From the NCBI GenBank assembly GCA_025055435.1, contig JANWWN010000012.1, positions 212 through 64,211 on the forward strand: 64,000 bases of DNA, read 5' to 3'. A model generated the notes under the pieces. It saw only the letters and a list, made by a program, of their open reading frames with translations. It did no database searches and was not told the origin of the DNA. Source of the DNA: Cyclobacteriaceae bacterium (GTDB taxonomy: Bacteria > Bacteroidota > Bacteroidia > Cytophagales > Cyclobacteriaceae). This document shows positions 16,064 to 24,713 of the stretch, piece by piece (the stretch's first letter is position 1; every line of letters begins with the position of its first letter). A program made the position numbers and the translations under genes.

Positions 16064-18868
16064 TCATTTACCTTCGGCTTTAGCTTTTGCTTTGCTGAAG
16101 TCCCCGGCCTTCACAATGTTCATCTTCTCTAACGAAAGATATTTTTTCATCACGGCATTAACCTGCTCTGCAGTAAGGGCCAGGACTTTCTTTTCAAATT
16201 CTTCGTCCCATTTATAGTCTCTGCCGATAAAGAGGTAATTATTTAATGAACTGGCCACCTGGCTGTCCTGCGATCGGCCTACAATGCGTTGTTGCGACCA
16301 GCCCGATTGTGCGGCCTTCACTTCATCGGCTGTGAAACCTTCGGTGATTACTTTTTGAATTTCTTCCTTAAAAGCTTTTTCCAGTTTATCCACATTTTCG
16401 GGAGCGTAGATGGCAAAAGCAAAGAAAGTTCCGATATTGTCCAATGCACCGGCACTCATCTGCGAGCCTACGCCATAACTCAGGCCCTCTTTCTGCCGGA
16501 TGCGCGTAGCCAGGCGCGAGTTTAAAAATCCACCGCCCAGCATGAAGTTACCCAGAACGATGGCCGGGTAGTCGGGGTGGTCATCGCGCATTTCAAACTG
16601 ATAGTTTACTGCAAAAAAGGCGTTGGCTTTATCCGGTGTTTCGATGGACTCGTTGATGGGCTGAACGTTAAACAGTTTTGCCGGCATGCGCACGAATGGC
16701 GATTTATTTTTCCAGTTGCCAAACAGTTGGGTTACCAGGTTCTGAATTTCTGCGGCATCAAAATCTCCTACAATAGCCATGGTAGCATTAGATGCACCAT
16801 AGAAGTTGTTATAGAATTTTTTCACCTGGTCTAAAGTAAGGGCCTTGATATCCGCAACTTCTTCATCAAAGGTGGCTGTGTAGCGCGGGTCTGATTTCGG
16901 GTAAGGAGAAACATGGCGTTGTATGCGGTTAAATGCGATGGCCTGAGGCTCACTGCGCTGCGATTCGATGTCGGCTAACTGTTCATTTTTCAGTTTTTCA
17001 AATTCATCGGCCGGGAACGAAGGCGTGGTGAACACTTCGGCTACCAGCTTCAATACTTCTGGCAGGTTGGGTCGGGTGGTGGTGATGTTGGCAACAGCCA
17101 GTTGTCCACTTCCGCTGATGAAGACGTTGGCTTTAAGCCGGTCGAACTCATCTTTTATTTGTTGACGCGTTTTGGTGGCCGTGCCTTTATTCAGCATATA
17201 GGCTGCGAATTCGGCAGCAGTTCCCTGGTTGGCCAGCGATTTTTCATCGCCAAATCGAAGGGTGAGACGCACTTCCACGGCTTCACCTCGCGTTTTCTTA
17301 GGCAGCATGGCCATCTTCATGCCGTTGGGTAGTGTAACCCGTGTGGTGCGTGCTTCAATGTTGGCAGGTGACGGATCGAAAGCTTCGCCCTGTGCGATGG
17401 TCTGTTGTCCTTTGTAATCTTTAACCATTGATTCCACATCGGGTATGGGAGGGATTTCAGCGCGGTCGGGCTTATCAGTAGGGATAAACAAACCCACTGT
17501 GCGGTTATCCGGTTTAAGGTAGGCTTTGGCTACACGGGCTACGTCTTCCGGCGTAACCTCCTTAATGCGGTCGCGTGTGATAAACAACAGCCGCCAGTCG
17601 CCCATACCTACATAGGTGCTGAGCTGGAGGCAGATGGATTGGGAGGAGTTAAAAGATAATTCGATTTGTTTGAGTATTTCGTTTTTGGCACGCTCCACTT
17701 CTTCTTTGGTGGGCGGTCGGGTAACGACCTCTTCCAGGGTTTTGATCATGGTTTGCCGCGCATCTTCCAGCGACTTTTCCTTCAGCACTTCAGCGTAGGT
17801 ATAAAGGAGTGTAGGTTCCTTAAATGCAAAAGTCATGGCGCCTGTATAGCTGGCTTTTTTGGTATCGATCAGGGTTTGGTATAAGCGTCCGGATGGAGCG
17901 CTGCCCAGCACGCGGGCCAGTACCTGCACGGCTGCATAATCCGGATGGGAACCCGCCGGCACGTGGTGGGCGGTTATAACTACTTGTACATCCCCCACGC
18001 GCTTCAGGGTCACGAGACGTTCACCGTCCTGAGGCGGATCGAGTGTATAAAATTTCGGAAGCTCGCGTGAAGGTTTTGGAATAACACCAAAATACTTGTT
18101 GATAAGCTCCAGGGTTTTTTGTTCATCAAACTTTCCGGCTACTTTCAGCACAGCATTATCGGGCTGATAGTACATCTTATAAAATGCCTGAAGCCGTTCG
18201 ATGGGCACGTTTTCCAGGTCGGCACGTGACCCTATCGTTGATTTACCGTAATTGTGCCACAGGTAGGCAGTTGAAGTAACACGCTCCAGTAAAACGCCAA
18301 ACGGATCATTCTCGCCCGCTTCGAATTCGTTTCGAACCACGGTCATTTCGCTGTCCAGGTCTTTCTTGGCAATAAATGAATTCACCATGCGGTCAGCTTC
18401 CAGGTCTAATGCCCACTCCAGGTTTTCTTCGGTCGCGTTGAATGTTTCAAAATAATTGGTGCGGTCAACCCAGGTGGTTCCGTTCGGGCTTGCACCGTGT
18501 TCGGTTAACTCCTGTGGTATATTGGGATGGCGTGGTGTACCTTTAAACACCAGGTGTTCGAGTAGGTGTGCCATGCCCGTTTCGCCATAGTTTTCATGCT
18601 TAGAGCCAACCATATACGTGATGTTTACGGTAATGGTTTGCTTGGAAGGATCGGGGAATAACAAAACACGCAGTCCGTTGTGCAGCCGGTATTCGGTTAT
18701 ACCTTCAACCGTAGTTACTTTTACCGGCGGTGGAATAGTTGGTTTGGATGTTTCGGTAACCGGAGCAGACTGTTGTACCGGAGCTTTATCTTTTGACTTC
18801 TTCTTCTGCGCTGTGCCCGGAACAGCCAGCGCCATGAACATCATCAGGATTAAGATTCTGTTTTTCAT
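16064..18868 (-). CDS. M16 (pitrilysin/insulinase) family zinc peptidase, double-unit
   Basis: 934 aa. Signal peptide MKNRILILMMFMALAVPGTAQ. Inverted zinc motif HLLEHLVFKG. The length implies two M16 active/inactive domain pairs. Confidence 0.9.
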   Translation of the reverse strand: MKNRILILMMFMALAVPGTAQKKKSKDKAPVQQSAPVTETSKPTIPPPVKVTTVEGITEYRLHNGLRVLLFPDPSKQTITVNITYMVGSKHENYGETGMAHLLEHLVFKGTPRHPNIPQELTEHGASPNGTTWVDRTNYFETFNATEENLEWALDLEADRMVNSFIAKKDLDSEMTVVRNEFEAGENDPFGVLLERVTSTAYLWHNYGKSTIGSRADLENVPIERLQAFYKMYYQPDNAVLKVAGKFDEQKTLELINKYFGVIPKPSRELPKFYTLDPPQDGERLVTLKRVGDVQVVITAHHVPAGSHPDYAAVQVLARVLGSAPSGRLYQTLIDTKKASYTGAMTFAFKEPTLLYTYAEVLKEKSLEDARQTMIKTLEEVVTRPPTKEEVERAKNEILKQIELSFNSSQSICLQLSTYVGMGDWRLLFITRDRIKEVTPEDVARVAKAYLKPDNRTVGLFIPTDKPDRAEIPPIPDVESMVKDYKGQQTIAQGEAFDPSPANIEARTTRVTLPNGMKMAMLPKKTRGEAVEVRLTLRFGDEKSLANQGTAAEFAAYMLNKGTATKTRQQIKDEFDRLKANVFISGSGQLAVANITTTRPNLPEVLKLVAEVFTTPSFPADEFEKLKNEQLADIESQRSEPQAIAFNRIQRHVSPYPKSDPRYTATFDEEVADIKALTLDQVKKFYNNFYGASNATMAIVGDFDAAEIQNLVTQLFGNWKNKSPFVRMPAKLFNVQPINESIETPDKANAFFAVNYQFEMRDDHPDYPAIVLGNFMLGGGFLNSRLATRIRQKEGLSYGVGSQMSAGALDNIGTFFAFAIYAPENVDKLEKAFKEEIQKVITEGFTADEVKAAQSGWSQQRIVGRSQDSQVASSLNNYLFIGRDYKWDEEFEKKVLALTAEQVNAVMKKYLSLEKMNIVKAGDFSKAKAKAEGK

Positions 18869-18976
18869 GCGGATTTATTGTTAAGTTTTGAAAGTAGAAT
18901 ACCGTGATAAAATTTGCAAGTTGCCTGCAATACGTAGCGCAAGCAGGAGGTAAATTACGCAAGTTGTTCGATTTTC

Positions 18977-18984
18977 TATATTTG
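18977..18984 (+). promoter_or_regulatory. candidate Bacteroidetes sigma-A -7 box (TAnnTTTG)
   Basis: TATATTTG lies 20 nt upstream of the ATG at 19004. I found no convincing -33 TTTG at canonical spacing. Confidence 0.3.
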
Positions 18985-19003
18985 AAAAAACAGGCTTGAA
19001 GGC

Positions 19004-21181
19004 ATGAAATATTTGTGTTCAGCGGTATTATTTTTTATTTCAGGGATAGTTTTTGCACAGGAAGCAGACAGCCTGAAAGCAAAAACACTTAGCCCGGTAC
19101 TCATTCGCAGCTCGCGGATTTATACGGATGTAGGGCATATGGAACCGGTTAATGGTACGTACCTGATTTCAGGAAAAAAATCAGAAATCATCAATGTTCA
19201 GGGTAGGGATTTGGCTGTTACCGAAAAATACGGTCGCCAGATTTTTGCCCGTGTGCCCGGAGTGTTTGTGTATGATATGGACGGAACGGGTAATCAGATG
19301 AATATTTCCGTTCGTGGCCTGGACCCGCATCGAAACTGGGAATTTAATGTGCGCAAAGACGGTGTCATCACCAACTCCGATATGTATGGATATCCGGCCA
19401 GCCATTACAATATACCGATGGAAGCTGTTGACCGCATTGAACTGGTTCGTGGAACAGCTTCCCTCCAATATGGTGCCCAGTTCGGAGGCATGTTGAATTT
19501 CATCAGCAAGCAACCCGATTCGCTGCGTTCCTTTTCATTTGAAAATATCAGTACCGTTGGTTCTTACGGGCTGTTCAGTTCATTCTTCTCTGCATCAGGC
19601 AGGCATAAGAAGGTGGCGTATATGGTATGGGCTAACAAAAAAGCTTTATCCGGGTACCGCCACTTTGCCCGCTCTGCTTTTGATGCGCAGGCGGTTACGC
19701 TGTTTTTTTATCCAACAGATAAAATTCAAATAAAAGCAGAGTGGACGCGTTCCTATTACCGGGCACGCGTACCTGGGCCGCTGACTGACTCGATGTTTTA
19801 CGCCAACCCAAAGTATGCTACACGGACACGTAATTACTACAGCCCTGATATCCACGTTCCTTCCGTTACGGTAGATTGGAATTTAAGTAAAAGCACCCGT
19901 TTTCAGTTTACAACTTCTGCCGTGCTAGGTTCCCGCAGCAGTGTGTTGTTCGACCGCCCGGCCAACATACCCGACACCATCAACCGCGCTACCGGTGAGT
20001 ACAGCAATCGCCAGGTGGACATTGATAAGTACAGAAGTTTTACCAGCGAAGCGCGGCTGTTGCACGCATATTCGTTTCTGCAACGCCGGAATTTTTTTAC
20101 AGCCGGCGTTCAATGGATGAGTAACGACCTGCACCGGAGGCAACTGGGCAAAGGAACAAGAGGAACTGATTATGACCTTACTTTAACTGAGCCAGGGTGG
20201 GGAAGAGACCTTCATTTCAAAACCACCAATGTGGCCATCTTTGCCGAGAACCGTTGGGCACTTACCAAACGACTTTCCGTCAACACCGGTTTTCGGCTGG
20301 AATCCGGTGAAACGAATATGACCGGATCCATTGTTTACTATCCCGATGATGAACTTCCCAATACCATCCGCCATCGTTTTCCCTTATTTGGTGTAAGTGC
20401 GCAATATGAACTTACAAAAAACATCAACCTGTATGCCGGATGGGCGCAGGCCTACCGGCCCGTTATCTTTAAAGACATCATTCCGGCATCCGTATATGAG
20501 GTGACGGATAAAAATCTGAAGGATGCCCGAGGATATAATGCCGAGGCCGGCATTCGCGGAACGCATGGAGTGTTTACTTTTGATATCTCTGCCTTTGAGC
20601 TGCTCTACAGAAACCGCCTGGGCACGTTGGCGCTTACCGACCATAACAACAATACCATTATCTACCGAACCAATACCGGTAACTCGCGTACACGCGGAGT
20701 AGAAGTGTTGTTACAGGGAAATCTTCGCATCGGCGCGGCCTCAGGTATTTCGGTATTTACCGCCACATCGTTTATGGATGCGCGTTATTTCGACTCCAGA
20801 ATCCGCTCGGGAAACGTCAATGAGGATATCAGCGGAAACAAGGTAGAGAGTGTGCCGGCCCGGATTGTGCGAAGCGGTTCTACCTTTATGACAGGGCGGC
20901 TGAGCTTCACCATTTTGCACAGTTATACAGCCGAAAGTTTTGCCGATGCCCTGAATACCGTTTTGCCGTCACCTTCCGGAGCGGTTGGCCTGGTGCCATC
21001 GTATCACATTACGGATTGCTCCGTATCCTGGCAGCCGGATAATCAGGTTCGGTTTATGCTGAATGTGAACAACGTTTTCAACCAATCGTACTTCACCAAA
21101 CGCCCGCAGTTTTACCCCGGACCGGGTATATGGCCATCCGACGGGCGAACGTATTCATTTACGGTATTTGTAAAGATTTAA
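19004..21181 (+). CDS. TonB-dependent outer-membrane receptor
   Basis: 725 aa. Signal peptide, plug region (VLIRSSR...GVFVYDMDGTGNQMNISVRGLDP) and beta-barrel ending in an aromatic residue context (...TYSFTVFVKI). Confidence 0.9.
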   Translation: MKYLCSAVLFFISGIVFAQEADSLKAKTLSPVLIRSSRIYTDVGHMEPVNGTYLISGKKSEIINVQGRDLAVTEKYGRQIFARVPGVFVYDMDGTGNQMNISVRGLDPHRNWEFNVRKDGVITNSDMYGYPASHYNIPMEAVDRIELVRGTASLQYGAQFGGMLNFISKQPDSLRSFSFENISTVGSYGLFSSFFSASGRHKKVAYMVWANKKALSGYRHFARSAFDAQAVTLFFYPTDKIQIKAEWTRSYYRARVPGPLTDSMFYANPKYATRTRNYYSPDIHVPSVTVDWNLSKSTRFQFTTSAVLGSRSSVLFDRPANIPDTINRATGEYSNRQVDIDKYRSFTSEARLLHAYSFLQRRNFFTAGVQWMSNDLHRRQLGKGTRGTDYDLTLTEPGWGRDLHFKTTNVAIFAENRWALTKRLSVNTGFRLESGETNMTGSIVYYPDDELPNTIRHRFPLFGVSAQYELTKNINLYAGWAQAYRPVIFKDIIPASVYEVTDKNLKDARGYNAEAGIRGTHGVFTFDISAFELLYRNRLGTLALTDHNNNTIIYRTNTGNSRTRGVEVLLQGNLRIGAASGISVFTATSFMDARYFDSRIRSGNVNEDISGNKVESVPARIVRSGSTFMTGRLSFTILHSYTAESFADALNTVLPSPSGAVGLVPSYHITDCSVSWQPDNQVRFMLNVNNVFNQSYFTKRPQFYPGPGIWPSDGRTYSFTVFVKI

Positions 21182-21261
21182 ACTACCTGGTAGAATCCCG
21201 CTGCCGAACGGTCAACTCAACCGGATTGCTTAATTTCGCGCCGGATTTAAATCTTACCGGC

Positions 21262-22233
21262 ATGAATCGTCCTGTTTCTGCATTTATCGAAAAAAATTTC
21301 CTTCACTTTAATGCGGCCGCTTTGCTCGATGCGGCAAAGGCCTATAAAAAACATATTGCAGAAGGGAAAAAAATGATGATTACCCTGGCAGGTGCCATGA
21401 GCACTGGTGAGCTGGGCATCAGCCTGGCCGAGATGATCCGGCAAAATAAAGTACACATCATCTCCTGCACCGGTGCCAACCTGGAAGAGGATATTATGAA
21501 CCTGGTGGCGCACTCGCATTACAAGCGTATTCCCAACTACCGTGATTTAACTCCGGAACAGGAGTGGGATTTACTACAAAACCACCTGAACCGCGTTACC
21601 GACACCTGTATTCCTGAAGAAGAAGCGTTTCGCAGACTGCAGAAGCACTTGTTTAAAGTGTGGAAAGATGCCGAGGATAAGGGTGAGCGGTTGTTTCCTC
21701 ACGAATTTATGTACCGCATCCTGAACAGCGGTGAATTAAAGCAATATTATGAAATCGATCCGAAGAATTCCTGGATGGTGGCTGCTGCCGAGCGCAACCT
21801 GCCTATGGTAGTGCCCGGGTGGGAAGATTCTACCATGGGTAACATCTTCGCTTCGTATGTGTACTCGGGCGAGCTGAAAGCTTCGACCATGAAGAGTGGT
21901 ATCGAGTATATGGTCTGGCTGGCCGACTGGTACATTAAAAACAGCGGTAAGGAGGGTGTGGGATTCTTCCAGATTGGCGGAGGCATTGCCGGTGATTTCC
22001 CCATATGCGTAGTGCCCATGCTGCACCAGGATTTACAAATGGAAAACATACCCTTCTGGAGCTACTTCTGTCAGATAAGCGACAGCACTACATCGTACGG
22101 ATCTTATTCGGGTGCGGTGCCAAATGAAAAGATTACCTGGGGTAAGCTGAGCATCGAAACACCTAAGTTTATCATCGAGTCGGATGCTTCCATCGTTGCT
22201 CCGCTCATCTTCGCCTATGTGTTGGATATGTAA
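21262..22233 (+). CDS. deoxyhypusine synthase family protein (bacterial DHS-like)
   Basis: Start chosen at ATG 21262 (MNRPVSAFIEKNFLHFNAAALLDA...); the ORF-track start at 21130 would overlap the TBDR gene. Motifs: MITLAGAMSTGELG, IISCTGANLEEDI, GGGIAGDFPI. Confidence 0.75.
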   Translation: MNRPVSAFIEKNFLHFNAAALLDAAKAYKKHIAEGKKMMITLAGAMSTGELGISLAEMIRQNKVHIISCTGANLEEDIMNLVAHSHYKRIPNYRDLTPEQEWDLLQNHLNRVTDTCIPEEEAFRRLQKHLFKVWKDAEDKGERLFPHEFMYRILNSGELKQYYEIDPKNSWMVAAAERNLPMVVPGWEDSTMGNIFASYVYSGELKASTMKSGIEYMVWLADWYIKNSGKEGVGFFQIGGGIAGDFPICVVPMLHQDLQMENIPFWSYFCQISDSTTSYGSYSGAVPNEKITWGKLSIETPKFIIESDASIVAPLIFAYVLDM

Positions 22234-22255
22234 TAACTTCGGATAATCAGTTTTC

Positions 22256-22288
22256 TTGCACGGCCTTGTAGTCGTGCAATTTGTTTTT
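22256..22288 (+). terminator. intrinsic terminator after the DHS-like gene
   Basis: ttgcacg (22256-22262) pairs with cgtgcaa (22273-22279), followed by tttgttttt. Confidence 0.5.
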
Positions 22289-22299
22289 AATAATTCAGC

Positions 22300-24087
22300 A
22301 TGGACATCAACGCACAGTTACGCAGCGAAATTCAAAAGGCCCTTCAGTATTTGTTCGGAACATCAACTGATGATATACAGCTTCAGCCTACCCGTCCGGA
22401 ATTTGAAGGCAGTCATACGTTGGTATGTTTTCCGCTTACGCGGATTTCAAAGAAATCGCCTGAGCAAACCGCGCAACTGATTGGTGAATATCTGATAAGC
22501 CATACTTCACAGGTTAAAAGTTATCAAACCATTAAAGGATTTCTTAACCTCACCCTTTCGGATAACTTTTGGGTTGGTGTGTTGAATGAAATCCACGCCA
22601 AACCTGGCTATGGAACTTTTCCATCGAACGGAAAAGAGATTATGGTTGAGTATTCTTCGCCCAACACCAACAAGCCGCTTCACCTCGGGCACCTGCGCAA
22701 CAACTTTCTGGGATGGAGCGTGAGTGAAATCCTGAAAGCCAATGGATACCGCGTACACCGTGTTCAGATTATCAACGACCGCGGCATACACATTTGTAAG
22801 TCCATGGCCGCATGGAAGCTGTATGGAAATGGCGAGACCCCTGAAAGCAGCGGGATGAAGGGCGATCACCTGGTAGGAAAATACTATGTTGAATTCGACA
22901 GGCAACACAAAAAAGAAATAAGAGACTTGATGATGCAGGGCCTGTCGCAGGAAGAAGCCGAAAGGCAGTCGCCCATCATGCAACTTGCCGTAGATATGCT
23001 GCGCAGGTGGGAAGCAAAGGATGAGGAGATACTTTCGCTGTGGCGGATGATGAACAGCTGGGTGTACGAGGGCTTTAACGCTACCTACCGGCGCATGGGT
23101 GTGGAGTTTGATAAACTTTACTATGAATCGGATACCTACCTGCTGGGTCGTGAAGAGGTACTGAAAGGTCTGGAACGAGGTGTTTTCTTTAAGAAAGAAG
23201 ACGGCTCGGTGTGGGTTGATTTAACTGCGGAAGGGCTTGACCAGAAAGTGTTGTTGCGTTCAGACGGTACGTCAGTGTACATCACACAGGATATCGGCAC
23301 GGCCATTTTGCGCTTCCGCGATTTTCCGAATATCGAAGGGCAGATTTACACCGTAGGCAACGAGCAGGAATATCATTTTAAAGTACTGTTTCTTATTCTG
23401 GATAAACTGGGCTATGCCTGGGCAAGAAAATGCTATCATCTTTCTTATGGCATGGTTGATTTGCCCACCGGAAAAATGAAATCGCGTGAGGGAACCGTGG
23501 TGGATGCCGATGACCTGATGGAAGATATGGTTCGCGATGCCGAAACATTAACACGCGAACTGGGTAAGATTGAAGGCCTGAGTGATGATGAAGCAAAGGA
23601 GTTGTTTGAAATGATTGGGCTGGGCGCGCTGAAATTCTTTTTGCTGAAGGTCGATCCGAAAAAGCGCATGCTCTTCGATCCGCAGGAGTCCATCCAGCTT
23701 CAGGGATTTACCGGTCCGTTTATTCAGTACACCCATGCCCGCATACGTGCGCTGCTCCGCAAAGCAAAGCAGGAAGGAGTTATGAGTCAGTCCGCCTCGA
23801 TCGAAAATCCGGCTCAGTTGGAACCTGCCGAGCGGCAGGTGGTAATTGTGTTAAGCCGTTACGAAGAAAAGGTTCGCGAAGCTGCAACAGTTTATTCGCC
23901 GGCCATACTTGCTAACTATGCCTTTGAACTGGCACGCGAATACAATCAGTTTTACCAAACCGTTCCGGTGCTTACCGAGCCGGACAGGTCCAGACTGCAG
24001 TTCCGGCTGGCATTATCAGCAGCTACAGCGCGGGTAATCCGCCATGCCATGTCGCTGTTGGGTATTGGCGTTCCCGAACGCATGTAA
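22300..24087 (+). CDS. argS: arginine--tRNA ligase
   Basis: 595 aa. Class I HIGH motif (PNTNKPLHLGHLRN), KMSKS-like segment GKMKSREG, and C-terminal anticodon-binding DALR-type region ending in ...M. Confidence 0.93.
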   Translation: MDINAQLRSEIQKALQYLFGTSTDDIQLQPTRPEFEGSHTLVCFPLTRISKKSPEQTAQLIGEYLISHTSQVKSYQTIKGFLNLTLSDNFWVGVLNEIHAKPGYGTFPSNGKEIMVEYSSPNTNKPLHLGHLRNNFLGWSVSEILKANGYRVHRVQIINDRGIHICKSMAAWKLYGNGETPESSGMKGDHLVGKYYVEFDRQHKKEIRDLMMQGLSQEEAERQSPIMQLAVDMLRRWEAKDEEILSLWRMMNSWVYEGFNATYRRMGVEFDKLYYESDTYLLGREEVLKGLERGVFFKKEDGSVWVDLTAEGLDQKVLLRSDGTSVYITQDIGTAILRFRDFPNIEGQIYTVGNEQEYHFKVLFLILDKLGYAWARKCYHLSYGMVDLPTGKMKSREGTVVDADDLMEDMVRDAETLTRELGKIEGLSDDEAKELFEMIGLGALKFFLLKVDPKKRMLFDPQESIQLQGFTGPFIQYTHARIRALLRKAKQEGVMSQSASIENPAQLEPAERQVVIVLSRYEEKVREAATVYSPAILANYAFELAREYNQFYQTVPVLTEPDRSRLQFRLALSAATARVIRHAMSLLGIGVPERM

Positions 24088-24201
24088 CGAAATTTTTCGG
24101 CTTCACTGCCCAAAGCCCTTCCTTACCGTCAAAAAAAGTCACCATTATCTTTTGACGGCCCTGCCGATACCAGTAATTTGGTAGTTCCAAACCATCCGTC
24201 C

Positions 24202-24711
24202 ATGAAAAAGATCCTTCTCTCCCTTTTTGTTCTTTTTCTATTTCAGTCGGTGAACGCCCAGGAGCAGCCCCCACGCCGACCTGAAAATATTGGCATATCG
24301 GATTTTGACTCCTTTAAAAACAATGCTTTCGATATTGTGGATGAATCCACCCGCCTGAAAAATGATGCCACCCGCATTGACAACGAGATAAAAAATGCTG
24401 GCAGCGTGTTGACTTCTTTCAGTGTAGATAGAATTCGTCAGGACTTACGCGCCCTGCGTGGCATCAAGCAATCATCGGAGGCACTGGCGGGAAAAATCGG
24501 TAACCTGGATGAAGAAGGAAAAAAGCTGCTTAATAATGCCAAAAGCGTAAACCCGCGCACCAAGGCACCCGCGGCCACAAGCAATACCAATCGTTCCATT
24601 CAGGGACTGGACTTTGCCCGCAAAAACCTGAAGGTTGTTGCCGACCTTGTTGAAAATAATTCCAAAAAGTTAATTGATGAACTGAAGTCACGCGGAGAAG
24701 ACATTGAATAA
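24202..24711 (+). CDS. secreted coiled-coil protein, function unknown
   Basis: ATG at 24202 gives signal MKKILLSLFVLFLFQSVNAQ. The remainder is helical and charged. Its stop is 2 nt before the CHAT gene ATG. Confidence 0.6.
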   Translation: MKKILLSLFVLFLFQSVNAQEQPPRRPENIGISDFDSFKNNAFDIVDESTRLKNDATRIDNEIKNAGSVLTSFSVDRIRQDLRALRGIKQSSEALAGKIGNLDEEGKKLLNNAKSVNPRTKAPAATSNTNRSIQGLDFARKNLKVVADLVENNSKKLIDELKSRGEDIE

Positions 24712-24713
24712 CT

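Noticed and set aside
18905-18975. Repeated gcaagttg and the ttgca...tgcaa palindrome upstream of the TonB receptor gene, as a Fur-type or riboswitch element
   Set aside because: There is no match to a Fur box that I can recognise. The candidate -7 box leaves only a 20-nt 5' UTR, which is too short for a riboswitch.
21130-21261. Upstream extension of the DHS-like ORF, overlapping the TonB receptor gene by 52 nt
   Set aside because: The extension has no similarity to the DHS N-terminus. The internal ATG at 21262 gives the usual family length and avoids the overlap.
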